The notes under the pieces are model-generated. The model was not told where the DNA came from and made no database searches. It saw nothing but the letters and a program-made list of their open reading frames with translations. Below are positions 1 to 12,682 of a stretch of DNA of 64,000 nt, one piece after another. The position numbers and the translations under genes were made by a program. This stretch comes from the human T2T-CHM13v2.0 reference genome, Homo sapiens, in assembly GCF_009914755.1 (NCBI RefSeq), contig NC_060938.1. One strand, 5' to 3'. Position 1 is the stretch's first letter. Every line of letters starts with the position of its first letter.

Positions 1-1000
1 ATTTTTGACTCATTATTTGAGTTAAATAAGTCAACATTTTAGAAGTGGGCAGGGAGCACTGATAAGTGAAACACTGAAAGCATGTCTCTTAGCTACGTAC
101 TGAATTGGACAGACAGCACTGATTGAGGTCAAATTTGACCCTACACATTTTTACATATTTGGAAACACATTAAACATTAATATTTACTTTTCTTGACTCT
201 ATCCTCTTTGTTTATTATCACAGTAATGCAAATATTATATATCATACTGATATATGACCAGTGGTAGATGTGAGTGCTAATGCAGAATGTGCCCTACCAA
301 CATATAAATATGTCTTCACTACTAAACAATATAGAGGTTTCTAAACCTCCGATCAGTTTCTAGACTTTTTTCTTGTATCTATGTTCATAAATTGGAAGAA
401 AACAAGAAAATACATTTATAATTATGTGATTAGTAAGACTGTAACTGAATTTTGAGTATAACTACAAAAGAATTGAGGGACAACTTGATAAAGCAATTTA
501 TTAATTTAACTGGTTGCTGTAAAAAGAACAATAATCAGTTAATCTTCACATCCAATGGGACTGAATTACCAGATTTGAATCAAATGTTGTTTAAAAATTG
601 AATGATGATTAAAGTACTACCTGATGAAGAAGAAGTCTGTAATACTTGGGAAATTGTCTATAAGTTTATCTAGGACTGCTCACGATACTACAATCTGAGT
701 GACTTAAAGGATTATCTTCTTGGCTTTGGGCAAACAGATGTCAATGCAAAGCCCAAGAATTTCACTTATATGAGATGGAATTGAGTTCATGTTTAGCAAT
801 AAATTGGAAACCTGTAGATCAAAAAACTAATACAAATATGTGGACATCTCTTTGTCAAATACTAAAATTGTTCAGTGAAAAATAGTGAAACTTGTGAAAT
901 AGAGTACTAGCTTGAAAGAAAATAATCTCCACACATTTTAAATTATTCTTTTTCTATGTGGACCGTCAACTGTCAACTAATATTTCTAAGGACAAATGGT

Positions 1001-1055
1001 TGTGTGTTTGTGTGTGTGTGTGTGTGTATGTGTGTGTCTGTGTCTGTGTGTGTGT
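1001..1055. repeat. Imperfect (TG)n microsatellite
   Basis: tgtgtgtttgtgtg...tgtgt read directly. Confidence 0.95.
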
Positions 1056-3404
1056 TTGCTTATTCAGATGAGGAACAGGCAGACAAGATGAAAAGTTTAT
1101 GTAAAAACAATATTTTTATTGATAAACAAGAGAATGCAAATGCACAAATTTGGGCTAACTTTTCACAAATCAATTCTAATCATTGATGAGAATATTTTGT
1201 TGTTGTTGCTATTGTTATTAATGCATGTCTTCGATGCAAATTCACCTAAGTTTTAATATCTTCCTGCTCTTGTTAAGCTTTACCCCACAGGACAGAATTA
1301 ACTTTTTCTTTCCTTTTGAAATACTTATCTTTAGATTGGTCATGCCTATCACATGGAGCATTGTTCATATGAGAATCATGGTATCAATTCTTTTCAAAAA
1401 CCTCTCCTTTTATCCCACTGGCAATGGATAACACAGTATGGAATCTGTGCAAAGGGAAACTCCAGAAACCAAATTCTTCTGGATGCTAACAATGCTTCCC
1501 CTGGGCATAGTGAGAAGGGTCTCAATTAACCTGCTCTCCATGTTCTAACTAGACACAGGAAGCCCTTTAGTCACCAGCAATGGAGTTTCATTAAGACCAC
1601 TTCACTGGGTGTGTAACAAAGCTCCTTCCAGGAAGCAAACGAGAAACTCTAGTCAGATTGTAGAATTGCCCAAACATTGGGGTCCCTGCTTTTACAAAGC
1701 AAAAATTGTGTAATGGCACCAGAGGCTCCTTAGTAAGCTAACAACCCTATGGAGCAACAAAGATCAGGCTAAAAATCATGGAGTTTCTGATTGAAGCTGA
1801 ATTTGAATTGCCATTTCAATTCTTTCCTCAAGAAAACTATTCAATTAATCTGCATGGATCGTTTTGGGAAAAAAAAATGTTGTTCAAATGATTGCAAGGG
1901 AGGATGAATGAAACTTTTTTGTTAAAAAAAAAAAGATGCATTTTGAAACTTTTACTTCTCAGGCCCATCAAGGCTGGAAATTTCTGAAAGGGATATTTCT
2001 CAGGCTTCTCTTAGTACAAATAAAGTCATATAGAATCCTTTAGAACCAGTAAAACCTGAGAGAGAATTAAGAAATTCACAGGGGTCATAGACCTGCACCA
2101 AATAGGTCTTCCTTCTGTTAATCGGACTTCAAAGTGAGTCCCACTGTGGAGGGAGTCAGCATAAATTTCATTTACCTAAAAGTCCCTATTTCTTGTTAAG
2201 TCCTCCCCAAGGAAGGACAGAAGCTAAATGATGACCGGCATGATTTATGTTAGAAGCACTGATATCTTCTGAAGATTAGGGATCCTGGAACAGTCATGTA
2301 AGCAAGGAAGTCAGCCAGTGCCTTATTAATAAAAAGAAAGAAAGAAAGACAGTGAGGAAGATCAGGTTACAGCAGCACTTTACTGAGGGAGCTTTTACTG
2401 CATTTTGCAAAATATCTCATGTCCTAGCTCCTCCCCATCAGTTCTTTGGTGTATAGGGAGACCATTTACCTCCCCTTCCCCAGGAGCCAAGTGCTTACTT
2501 GGTATCAGTTCCTTGCCTCACTTCCTTTCTTAGGTCAGAGTGCAATACATATATTACAACTTTTTAACTTCTACTGTTAGGTAAGGTAGGAAAAGTAAAA
2601 GTGTTACCCTACAGAGGACATATACATTGGTAATTTACTTTAGCAAGTAGAAATGTCATGAATATTAATCTGAAATTTTCTATTCAGCTTACATAATACA
2701 TAACCCATGCTCCTTTATAGCATTTCTTCCTCATTCAGTGTATATCCAACATCTGGAAATTGATACTAACATTTTGAGAAAAATAGCTTCCTGTTTTTTG
2801 GTTTCCAGGATCTGTTCAATTTGCAAGACTCCATCATGTTCTACTCTGAGATATTTGCTTATGTAGAGCATTGGAGTAATAAAAAGACATATTGTTGAAG
2901 TATTTATAAGATATTTTCAAGTTATTCATAGTGCTATGAAAATTAAATTCTAACCAACACCTAATTTTCAACTATTAAAACCTAAGCAGTAGTGTAACGC
3001 TACATTTCAGTTAGGGTTTTGACAATCCTACATAGCTACACAATAAATGAAAAACAAAAGGCATATGTAAACTATTTAAGTACAGGATGCTTTTGTTCCT
3101 AAAGTGAAAGATAAGTGTTAAATCATAGAGAGATTTTATAAGTGCGTATTTTAAAAATATGATTAAAAGGTACATATCATTTAATATAGCACATATCATG
3201 TCTTTTTTATTGTAAACAGCAAGTAATCCATGATTACAACTATTTTCCCTGAGAAAGGAAAAGATGCAGTGCATTCTATTTGTAGAAACTAAGGTGACAT
3301 GATGTGATGGACTTGCTTTAGGTCATATATTTCGACCAGGGTGGAGAACCTCTATTTTTTGCCTTGCTGCTCCAGGAAACAAAATAATCCTATGCACTTT
3401 CTTA

Positions 3405-3790
3405 ATTTTTTAGCATTTTAATTGACAGGTAATAATTATACATATTTATAGGATATATTGTGATGTTTCCATATATGTATACATTGTATAATTACCAGGG
3501 TAATTAGCATATCTATCCCCTTAAACATTTATCATTTCTTTGCAGTAAAAACATAGAAAATCCACTCTTTTGGCTATGTTGAAATACACAATACATTACT
3601 ATTAACTACCATTACCCTACTGCGCAAGAATACCAGAACTTATTCTATCTAATTGTAGCTTTGTACCTGTTGACAAACCTCTCCCCAGTGCCCCTGCCCC
3701 ACCCCTCCCCAGCATCTGGTAACTACTGTTCTACTCTCTACTTCTATGAGATCAATATTTTTAAGATTCTGTATATAAGTGAGATCATGC
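3405..3790 (-). mobile_element. L1 3' end fragment (L1MA-like)
   Basis: T-rich tail, then L1MA 3'UTR motifs 'catttatcatttctttg', 'gaaatacacaatacattactattaact', 'ctggtaactactgttctactctctacttctatgagatc'. Confidence 0.85.
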
Positions 3791-4868
3791 GAGATCCTAC
3801 CTGCTCTCTGTATTTGATATACCTAAGTCTGTCAGTGAACTTCTCCTGGACAATCGCTATTGAATCAAAAGCCCTGATCAACTGAATTTACCATGTTGCT
3901 ACCTGGTAATTTTAAGCAATGGAAAAATAAATGACTGGTATGACTGGTTATAACTATTCTTTTCAGATGATATTAAAATGCTAAGGTATTAGAGATGTTT
4001 TTTCACAATGAGAGTCTTCCTTTTTTCTGGATCAGATACAGTAAACAAGAATCAAACACATGCAGAAATATGTAATTTAAAATTTTATGTTGCATTTCGT
4101 TGAAATGTTAACTGAATAATATTGCTTTGGCACATATGTTATATTCATGTCAATATGTTTCATATGCTAAAAAGATCTGTGCAAGAGTGCCTAGCCTTCC
4201 CTGTTTACAAAAGAACTAAACAGCTGTGTAAGTTCATGGAAGAAGAGACGAAACGAATTAAGAAAGTTTCAGGACCAGTTGAGATATTCAACCACACATA
4301 TCTCATGAATGCTGTGGTCAGCAAATAAAATATACTTTTGAGGTTAATATTCACTGGATGCTCTAATTGAGAACAAGAACCATTTACTTGAACTAAATGT
4401 CAACTCTTTCGTTCTCTTTGTAAACCCACGTTAAATTTCTTCCATTTAGATTCTTTTTTAGACTCGATTTTGCCAACAGGTTAAACATACAATAATATTA
4501 AACTTATGATGATATATGTACTCACTAAATTACAGTGAACATTATGAAATGCATATTAATGTATGGCACTTGAGTATAGGAAGAATACTAAGGCTTTTTA
4601 TAATGCTATATTTAGGTCCAGATTCTTAAATCAGTTGCTAGATTTAAAACCATATAAATATCCACAGCAATGGAGGAAAAAGCTACTGGGAATATTGTAA
4701 AAGCCTGTTAACTTCTTATAAATGCTAAATTCTTTTGAATAGCATTAGATTCAAATTTGGCCATAATATCTTAAGCTTTTTATTGCCATTATTTGTCTAA
4801 CTTTAGTCAATATACTTTTTCCTTCTATTAGTCTCTCATCTTCGCAAATTAATTTTCGTCAATTCCTT

Positions 4869-4871
<3 letters not shown>

Positions 4872-4915
<44 letters not shown>

Positions 4916-4938
4916 AACAAAAAACAAAAAACAAAAAA
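4872..4938. repeat. Poly(A) of 42 nt followed by (CAAAAA)-like units
   Basis: Read directly. Confidence 0.95.
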
Positions 4939-7174
4939 CCCACAGCAGAAAGGACAGCTCAACCCATAAGGTATCTAGAGAAGTTTGGAGTTTTTTTTCC
5001 ATCAAAATATCCTCCACCTGACTGCTGTAGTTCCTGCAACCTACAGTAATGGATGAAATATTTCATTACAAAGATTTTTTAGATGTCTATGTTACCAGAA
5101 AAAGACATTAAATACCAATGGTTTGTGCCTAAATATTGCAAAGATAAAATGGTTTGCATTACAAATCATGTTGGCTCTGCAGTAAATTTAACTCAATATG
5201 TAAAGGAAATAAAGTTTATGCTATAGTTTCTTTATAAGCGGTTTGTTCTTTTTTCCTGCATAGTCAAAGAAAAGTTAATTACCTTTTTCATAAGCATTAT
5301 TGAATACGTAAAATGTATACTGCTTTGTAAGGAGTGTCTTTATAAATGAAACCTATTCAGACATATTGGACAGCAAAAGCAGTAACTCATATCTTTGGAT
5401 CTGAATAGCCAATTCTTGTTTGTGATCCTATAGGATAGGATTTCCTAGCTGTTAAGTGCCTTTTTATTTCTCTGAAGTGATCTTGGAAATGGAGTGCTTG
5501 AGATTTTTAGTTTATCTTGATACAAGCCAACATATTACTGCAGAACACTTTGGTTTTACATCTGAGGGCTAAATTACTATATCCTAGTAGATGTTGTGCT
5601 ATCAAATTCTAAACAATGGTGACAAGATAATTATAAATGGGACTTTATATTATTATCTAATACATCTTATTATCTAATATATCCCATATAAAGTTTGGAT
5701 TTGGATAAAGGAAAATTGAAAAATTTACTGAGTGATATTAATGGGGATATGAACATTTTATTTTTTGTTACCACTAAATATTGAGTAATTAATATGTTGA
5801 TAGCATTGTGATATGTATAAATGGATATTGTTTTTTGTTATGTTTATGATTATAAATGTTATTCCAAATATGAATCAGACAGTTTATGTTTCTAATTTTT
5901 AAAACTCAAATTGGTAATAGCACAGATACATTTTGTTTTTATTTGCAGTAAGAATTTCTTTCTATAAATATAACTGATAGAAAGCAATTTATCACATTTA
6001 AACACATGGATGAAAATGCTGCCGCATACAGTGATTGGGACTTATTCTGAAAATAAATTACTTTAATGATGGGGGAGAAAACCCCAATGAGGAATTCATG
6101 AGGTGGAACCAGACAAAACTCTCCTAGACAACAATGAAAAACCTTTTAGGTATGAAGAAACTGTAATATAATGTGGCACTTGTAGGTACATTAAGATAAA
6201 ACATCCAGGAGCCAGTACATTTTTTCATGCTGTCAGAGTATTCAACGATACATATGAGCTGTCGTACTTCAGCCATCAACAACCAAAAAAGCTTAGCATT
6301 TTAGAAAACAACTCTCCAATAGAAACAATTCAACTTCATACTTACAGGCATATGGATACTAACAGATTAAGTAAAATAGCAGTTGTCATCTTCTGAATCT
6401 TTACTACCTTTTTGTCACCTCTTTTTGACCAGAGCCCTATAGCCTATAGTCTCAATATTCTCATTTTCTGTTTCATAAGACTGAGAGAGTGAGAGAAAGA
6501 GAAAGATGGGAGAGGGAAATGAAGAATGAATCAGAAAAGTCAAGTACTAAAGGGCAACAAGAGTGTGTGCCTCTCAGAATTCTTAGTGATCCTCTCAGAT
6601 TCCATTAGCATTGGGATTTACTACTGGTCAATTGGGGAAAGAGAAGCAGGAAAGAAAAATATTGAGAAAATGTGTGTGTGCATCACATTCCCCATGTTAT
6701 GCTTTAATTTGCAGGAAATCCTAGAATCAGTTTGCATATAAAGCATTAATATGATGCCATCTTCTGCACATGAAGTCAAAAGAATCCGTGAATTTATTAA
6801 ATGGAAATAAGAAGGCTCTATTAGTTTGGGCCTCCTAACTTCATTCAACCCCCACCAACACACACACACAAATGTTCTAATATACAGGATTTGGGTTTCC
6901 CTAATGTTTAGTGTTAATTCTATTTTATGATTCTAAGTTCAAAACTAGGAAAAAGTTTAGATTGGTGAGCTAGATAGTTAAATTCTATTAATAAAATTTC
7001 TTTTATATTTCATAGGAATTCATTCAATATCTTAAACTATAATGATATATATCTAACAATTATCAATGCTTCAACATTTTGCCCATTATATCTTCCTTCC
7101 CTCTAAGAAAAGGCATTTCATACTTATTGTTTACTTTTCATTGCAATGTACTTTTACAATGCCAGTGTTTACAG

Positions 7175-7400
7175 ATAAAGCATTCATGAGATATGATTTC
7201 ACCATGGGAATTTCAATACAGTTGTTATAAGGCTAAAATTATATACATATGTGTATATATGCATGTGTATAGATACACACATGTATATATAAAGCATTCA
7301 TGAGATATGATTTCTCCATGGGAATATCAATGCAGTTGTTATAAAGCTAAAATTATATACATATGTATATACACACGTGTATATACGTATATATACATAT
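7175..7400. repeat. Tandem duplication, ~114-bp period, 2 copies
   Basis: 'ataaagcattcatgagatatgatttc...aaaattatatacatatg' starts at 7175 and at 7289, with 4 substitutions in the ~80-bp core. Confidence 0.92.
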
Positions 7401-7667
7401 ATATGGTGGAAACATACACATACATAAATTTAATATGGTCAAAATATATTATTTTATGTATAAAGATATTTTGCCTTTACAGTTCTCACTCTTCATGTAT
7501 AGAAAGTTAACAATTTTTCTCAGAGCACGGGGAGTGAATGGTTAGAACAGTTATGTAATAAATGCTTCATTGAAGTATATTTACTAATGCCATGTATCAA
7601 GATGTAAGCAAGACCCAGTTCTTGTCTTCAAGAAGCATATACTTTACAAGGAAGAGAGATAAAATTT

Positions 7668-7838
7668 TTAATTCCTTGCTATTCAGAATTTGATCTATAG
7701 ACCAGCATCTGGTTATCACCTGAGAGCTTGTTAGAAATGCAGAATCTCAGGGCATACCCAGACCTACTGAATCAAGTTGCATTTTCACAAAATCCCCAGG
7801 TGGTTTGTATGTACATTATTGTTAGAGAAGCACCACTA
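7668..7838. mobile_element. MER5-like hAT-Charlie DNA transposon
   Basis: 'atcacctgagagcttgttagaaatgcagaatctcagggcatacccagacctactgaatca' matches the MER5A/B core. Confidence 0.85.
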
Positions 7839-8407
7839 TAATTTGAATCTGAGTAGGGTTACTTCCATAATATTTAGGAGAAAGAGAGAGATGGAGAAGC
7901 TTGAAGAAGGAGGGGTGGCATCATGGGAAAAAAATACCCTGTTATCTGAACTTTGTTCTTCACAGAGAGAGACCGCTAGTCAGGCACCTTTTACTAGCAG
8001 AAAAATAAATGTTTTCAAAGAAATATATTTTTAAAATGTTTTGGTTTACATATCATTGGGGAAAACAGTCATATGACTGTTACTAATATTTCAGTTTGAC
8101 AGAAATATGTTTATATAGATCCAGATATAAAAGAAGTTTTACCTTTTGTTTTATTCATTGTAACTTTTATAGGGGAAGGAGTTGGCCAGGGTGGCTTCTA
8201 AGAATAGCTTTGCCAGCTAATGCAATTCCTCAGTTATGACTGTGGTGACAATATAGGTAACTTTTCTACTTCAAAATCTCTTGCCAGATTATATCTAAGT
8301 AGAACTAGTTCTCATAAAAATATCATTTGGAAACTAAGGCATTTCAAATTATTTTCATGTGTTTGCAAAGCTTCAACTAGATATAGGAATCAAGAATGTC
8401 ACAGCAA

Positions 8408-8711
8408 GCTGGGTACAGTTGCTCATGTCTGTAATCCCAGCACTTTGGGAGGCTGAGGTGGGAGGATTGCTTGAACCCAGGAGTTCAAGACCAGCCTGGA
8501 TGAGATAGCAAGACTCCATCTCTACAAAAAAAAAAAAAAAAAAAAAAAGCAGGGCAGGGTGGTGTGCACCTATAGTCCCAGCTATTCAGGAGCCTGAGTT
8601 GGGAGGTTCTCTTGAGCCAGGAAGTTTGAGGCTGCATGATTGAGCCTCCACTGTGCTCCAGCATGGGCAACAGAGTGAGATTCTATTACAAACAAGCAAA
8701 CAAACAAAACC
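8408..8711 (+). mobile_element. AluJ (old dimeric Alu) with expanded middle A tract
   Basis: Two monomers; J-type 'ggaggattgcttgaacccaggagttc'; 13-bp TSD aatgtcacagcaa at 8395-8407 and 8712-8724. Confidence 0.95.
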
Positions 8712-9764
8712 AATGTCACAGCAACATATTTTGATCAGGTCTATTTGCACTATCCCTCTGCTTCTTTCCATTGCTTTAACCATCCAGGACACTGTAACCA
8801 GAAGGGAGTCATCCTGGGAATTGGCCATATTTTCTATTTGCTTTGACTCTGCATATTATATCAGTGTGTTTGAACTTTATCTCTTCCACATGAAATACCA
8901 AGTAAGGGATTCCTTCTGAAATGTTTTTCTGAATGTGACTGTATGTACATATAAGTGACATGTAAGAATCATATATAAGGGGTGACAAAAATGTATATTA
9001 ATCTATGATTCCATGGGTAAAATACAGATACAAAAGTAAAAACAAAATCTGTACTTCACAGAAAACGTTGGGTATTACGTTATTTTGAAATAATTCTTGC
9101 TAGGTCTTAAGAGTACTAAATTTACTTGTGATACATTCTAAAAAGGTGGTGATCTTTTGTGATATAATAACATTTATTATTAGGAGCCAAATTAGGAAAA
9201 CAAATAGTTACAAAAGAAAAACCCGTATTGTTGGAATTAGATCCAGTTATTTTATTAATAATGATTTAATTAGGCATAGGCATTTTTAGCTTTTGCATGT
9301 CTTTTATTCAGCTTTCAGATCCAGTTTTAACTGGGTTATAATTCATTGCCACTGTTTAAGTTTTTCATCAGTTCAATTGGGGGTTTCTTCCTGGGATGAA
9401 AAAATTCAGAGAGATTTGCTTGAACACAAAAACTGAATCTATAAATCAGAAAAGCTTACTAAGCTTTTACATACCATATAAGAATATCTTACAAACATCT
9501 CAATTTATTTTCTAACAAATTTTAAAAGTCTCAATAATTAATATATATTTCTAAATATCAAGTCCAATTAATCTTCTTCTGAATTACAATACCATTATTT
9601 TATACTTTTGTAGGATTTTTCTAAGCAGTGACTTTTATTGTAAATATATGATTAGCATTCATTCAGATGATACAATAGGCCTCATAAATTTCTCTTCTGC
9701 AAGTGCCAGTCACAAATTTGTTAAAGTTAAAATCTCTCTATTTATATTTAGCTAAGAATTGATG

Positions 9765-10160
9765 CTTGTTCAACTGGGATCTATCCAGAGAAACATAATC
9801 CACTTCAAGAATTTTCTGAAAAGGGAATCTAATGCAAGGAATTAATTGCAAAGATGATGCAATATCTGAGAACGATAGGTAAGAATAGTGTAACCTACAG
9901 ATTAACAATATCCTTACACCCGGGGTCACCTTTGATGATACAACTATGCTGGGCATATACTGTGGAGGCTGGAATCACAGAAGAGACAAACTGCTTAAGG
10001 AGGGTTATTCTAACCACTTCCCTCCTCCTGCCCTCCATCTTCCACCTTCCATCTCCCATTGACTGACCCAAGACAGAAGTCAGCTGGCCTAGGAGCCCAA
10101 GGAAACTAGCCTTCAGGGACCAGAGGGTTGAGGAATGGATTTGCTGGCCAACAGGCTCAA
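9765..10160. mobile_element. Old MaLR LTR (MLT1K/L-like), degenerate
   Basis: 'tccagagaaacataatccacttc...gggaatctaatgcaaggaatt' and 'gactgacccaagacagaagtcagctgg...gagcccaagga' resemble the old MLT1 consensus. Confidence 0.5.
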
Positions 10161-11849
10161 GATCTGAAAAATAATCTTCCAGGGTTTTATAAACACATGT
10201 AAAAACTCAAGCTTTAAAAGCAATTTGTGGCAGTAGGAATGCACACTTTGCCCTCAAACCTAGCCCTCCTAAGAAATCTGGCACCTGCATTTTTCATTCA
10301 TCAAAGAGGGCAGTGACTAGCAAAAGAAATCATAGCAGAAAGAGAATTATATTAATCAAAGCAATTTCTGGTGAAAGGAGGCACGGAAATCTCTAGGCAA
10401 GTTATAGAAAGAAATCTACACTCTTCGAACCTCTGAATTGAAAACAAAGCTTCAGATAACTATATGATTTGACAAAGATACCTCAAATTGCTCAGGAAAA
10501 TCTCTTTCTTTAGAGTAATGTTTCAGGCTATTTAAAACAGAATCTCAGTCGAGGAACTAAACAAAGATGCTAGGATTGGACATAGAAGACAGATGAATTT
10601 GGCTGTTATCCATGTAAGAATAGAAGCCAAAATTATGCTGACTAAAAATGGAGCCAAGCGATGTCATATAGATTTGAAAACGATGTTGTGCCAAGGAAGA
10701 TGTTAATGTTTTTCAATTTGCAGGTTTAGTAAGGATCATAAATTGTTTGATTTCTTAATCTAGTTTACGTATCCTAAATATCTCTGCGACTTTGCAAGGC
10801 CCTAATTTATTTCCTTTTTTTTTTTTTAATTCTAGATTTGACAGTTTGGTCTACATTTCAAGGCTGGTTAGATGGGAGGTATGTCCTGGTATATTAGTTA
10901 ATTTAGGTATATCTTACTGATTTACATTGCATGATTTATCAGATGCTATTGACTCATTCAAGTAAATACATTTAAAAATTATACCTTTTGCTCATACTAG
11001 TAATTGGGTCAGTCATGCTCTTGAAGGAGGCATACTGGGAGCCATACATTACCAGAGGCAGAGGATTCAATGGATGTTTTCTGTTTTCTCTTCTTCGTGC
11101 TCTGTAATTGAGACACAGAACAAAGGTAATCTTTGCTTAGCGTAATAATGGAGAGTGACTAGACCAACAAAAGATATGTCAGAATCATTTGCAAGGGTAA
11201 AACTTACGAGTGTATTTGTGAACCTGCTTGAACGCTCCAATGCACATGTGTCTGTACACAATTTCTGGCCTATTAACATTTCCTAATATTTTAAGCCTCT
11301 GAAATTATTGTTATAATATTTGGTATCCTTGGGTAAAAAATGACATTTAACTATAAAAAGAATATTTCATCAATCATTTAAAAGTTGCCATTATTTTCTT
11401 TATAAGTCTATGGATGATAACAAAAATAAAATTTTCCAGAAAATAAACTTCATAATTACTAATATTATATAATTAATTATATAAATAATTATAATTATTA
11501 TATATATGAGTACTAAAGGTATATAAAATGGAGCAAAGTAGCAGAATTTTAAAAGTAGCATGACAAAATAAAGTAAATGGGATTAGAAAAATACATGTGT
11601 GTGTACTGTAGTTTGTTTTTATTGTTAGCAAAAGCAAAACAACCCAGAAAGTACCACTAAATGTTCAAGTTATATAATGCAGTGGTAATAATAATAATAT
11701 ATGCCAACATATTTTGTAATTATTATAAAATGATGCACATGCTAGTTATAATTATCTCTTTTGAGCCTAAAAATGCCCAAAAGAAAGAAAAACATTCAAT
11801 AAACATTCAATTCTGTTATTTATTTCAATTGTTCTGCAATCAGAAATTC

Positions 11850-12110
11850 TAGCCAAGATTTGGAACCAATCTAAGTGTTCATAAACAGATGAATGGATAA
11901 AGAAAATGTGGTATGCATACACAATGGAGCACTATTCAACCATAAAAAAGAATAAGATGCAGTCAATTGCAACAACTTGGATGGAACTGAAGATAATTAT
12001 GTTAAGTGAAATAAGGCAGGAACAGAAAGACAAACATCATATGTTCTCACTTATTTGTGGGATCTAAAAACCAAAACAATTGAACTCATGGTAATAGGAA
12101 GTTGAAGGTT
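11850..12110 (+). mobile_element. L1 fragment (ORF2 end/3'UTR, L1MA-like)
   Basis: 'acagatgaatggataaagaaaatgtggtat...gcaacaacttggatggaactg...atgttctcacttatttgtggg'. Confidence 0.9.
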
Positions 12111-12317
12111 ATACCATTTTATCTGAAAATAGAACTTTAAGCCTTCTCTTCCACTTCGCCAAATCCCTGTTGTTAATGAGGCTTTATTACTATATTTCAC
12201 ATTAATAGAATTCAAACCACTTATCACTGATTGGGTTCCCCAATTTAAGAACCTGAAATCTACCTCAAAGTCTTAAGACACCATCTAAACCATATCTGCT
12301 ATCTGCTATTATCTACT

Positions 12318-12682
12318 TATCTTAGTCTATTCGGGCTACTATAACAAAACACCATAGAATAGTGGTATGTAAATAACAGAGAGTTATTTCTCAGTTCTGG
12401 AGGCTGGGAAGTTCAAGATCAATATGCCAATAGATTCAGTGCCTGGTGAAGCTCTGCTTCCTGATTCATAGATAGCTGTCTTCTCAGTGTAACCTGACAA
12501 GGCCAAAGGCCGAGGCAACTCTCTCAGGCCTCTTTTGTAAGAGTGCTAATCCCATTTATGACAGCTCCACTCTCATGACCTAATAATTACCTCTCAACAG
12601 CCCTACCTCCTAGCAACATCACCTTGGGGGCTAGGATTTCAACACATGAATGTGGGGGAACACAGATATGCAGTCCATAGTG
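12318..12682 (-). mobile_element. MLT1A/MLT1A0 solo LTR (ERVL-MaLR)
   Basis: 'tcttagtctattcgggctactataacaaaacaccataga...ttctggaggctgggaagttcaagatc...ggatttcaacacatgaat'. Confidence 0.88.

Noticed and set aside
3900-6000. AT-rich unique region as a 3'UTR or processed pseudogene ending in the poly(A)
   Set aside because: No adjacent coding exon, no TSD, no well-placed polyA signal and no recognisable gene
7175-7400. Repeat-spacer pattern as a CRISPR-like array
   Set aside because: Only two copies, eukaryotic context and no cas genes; a simple tandem duplication
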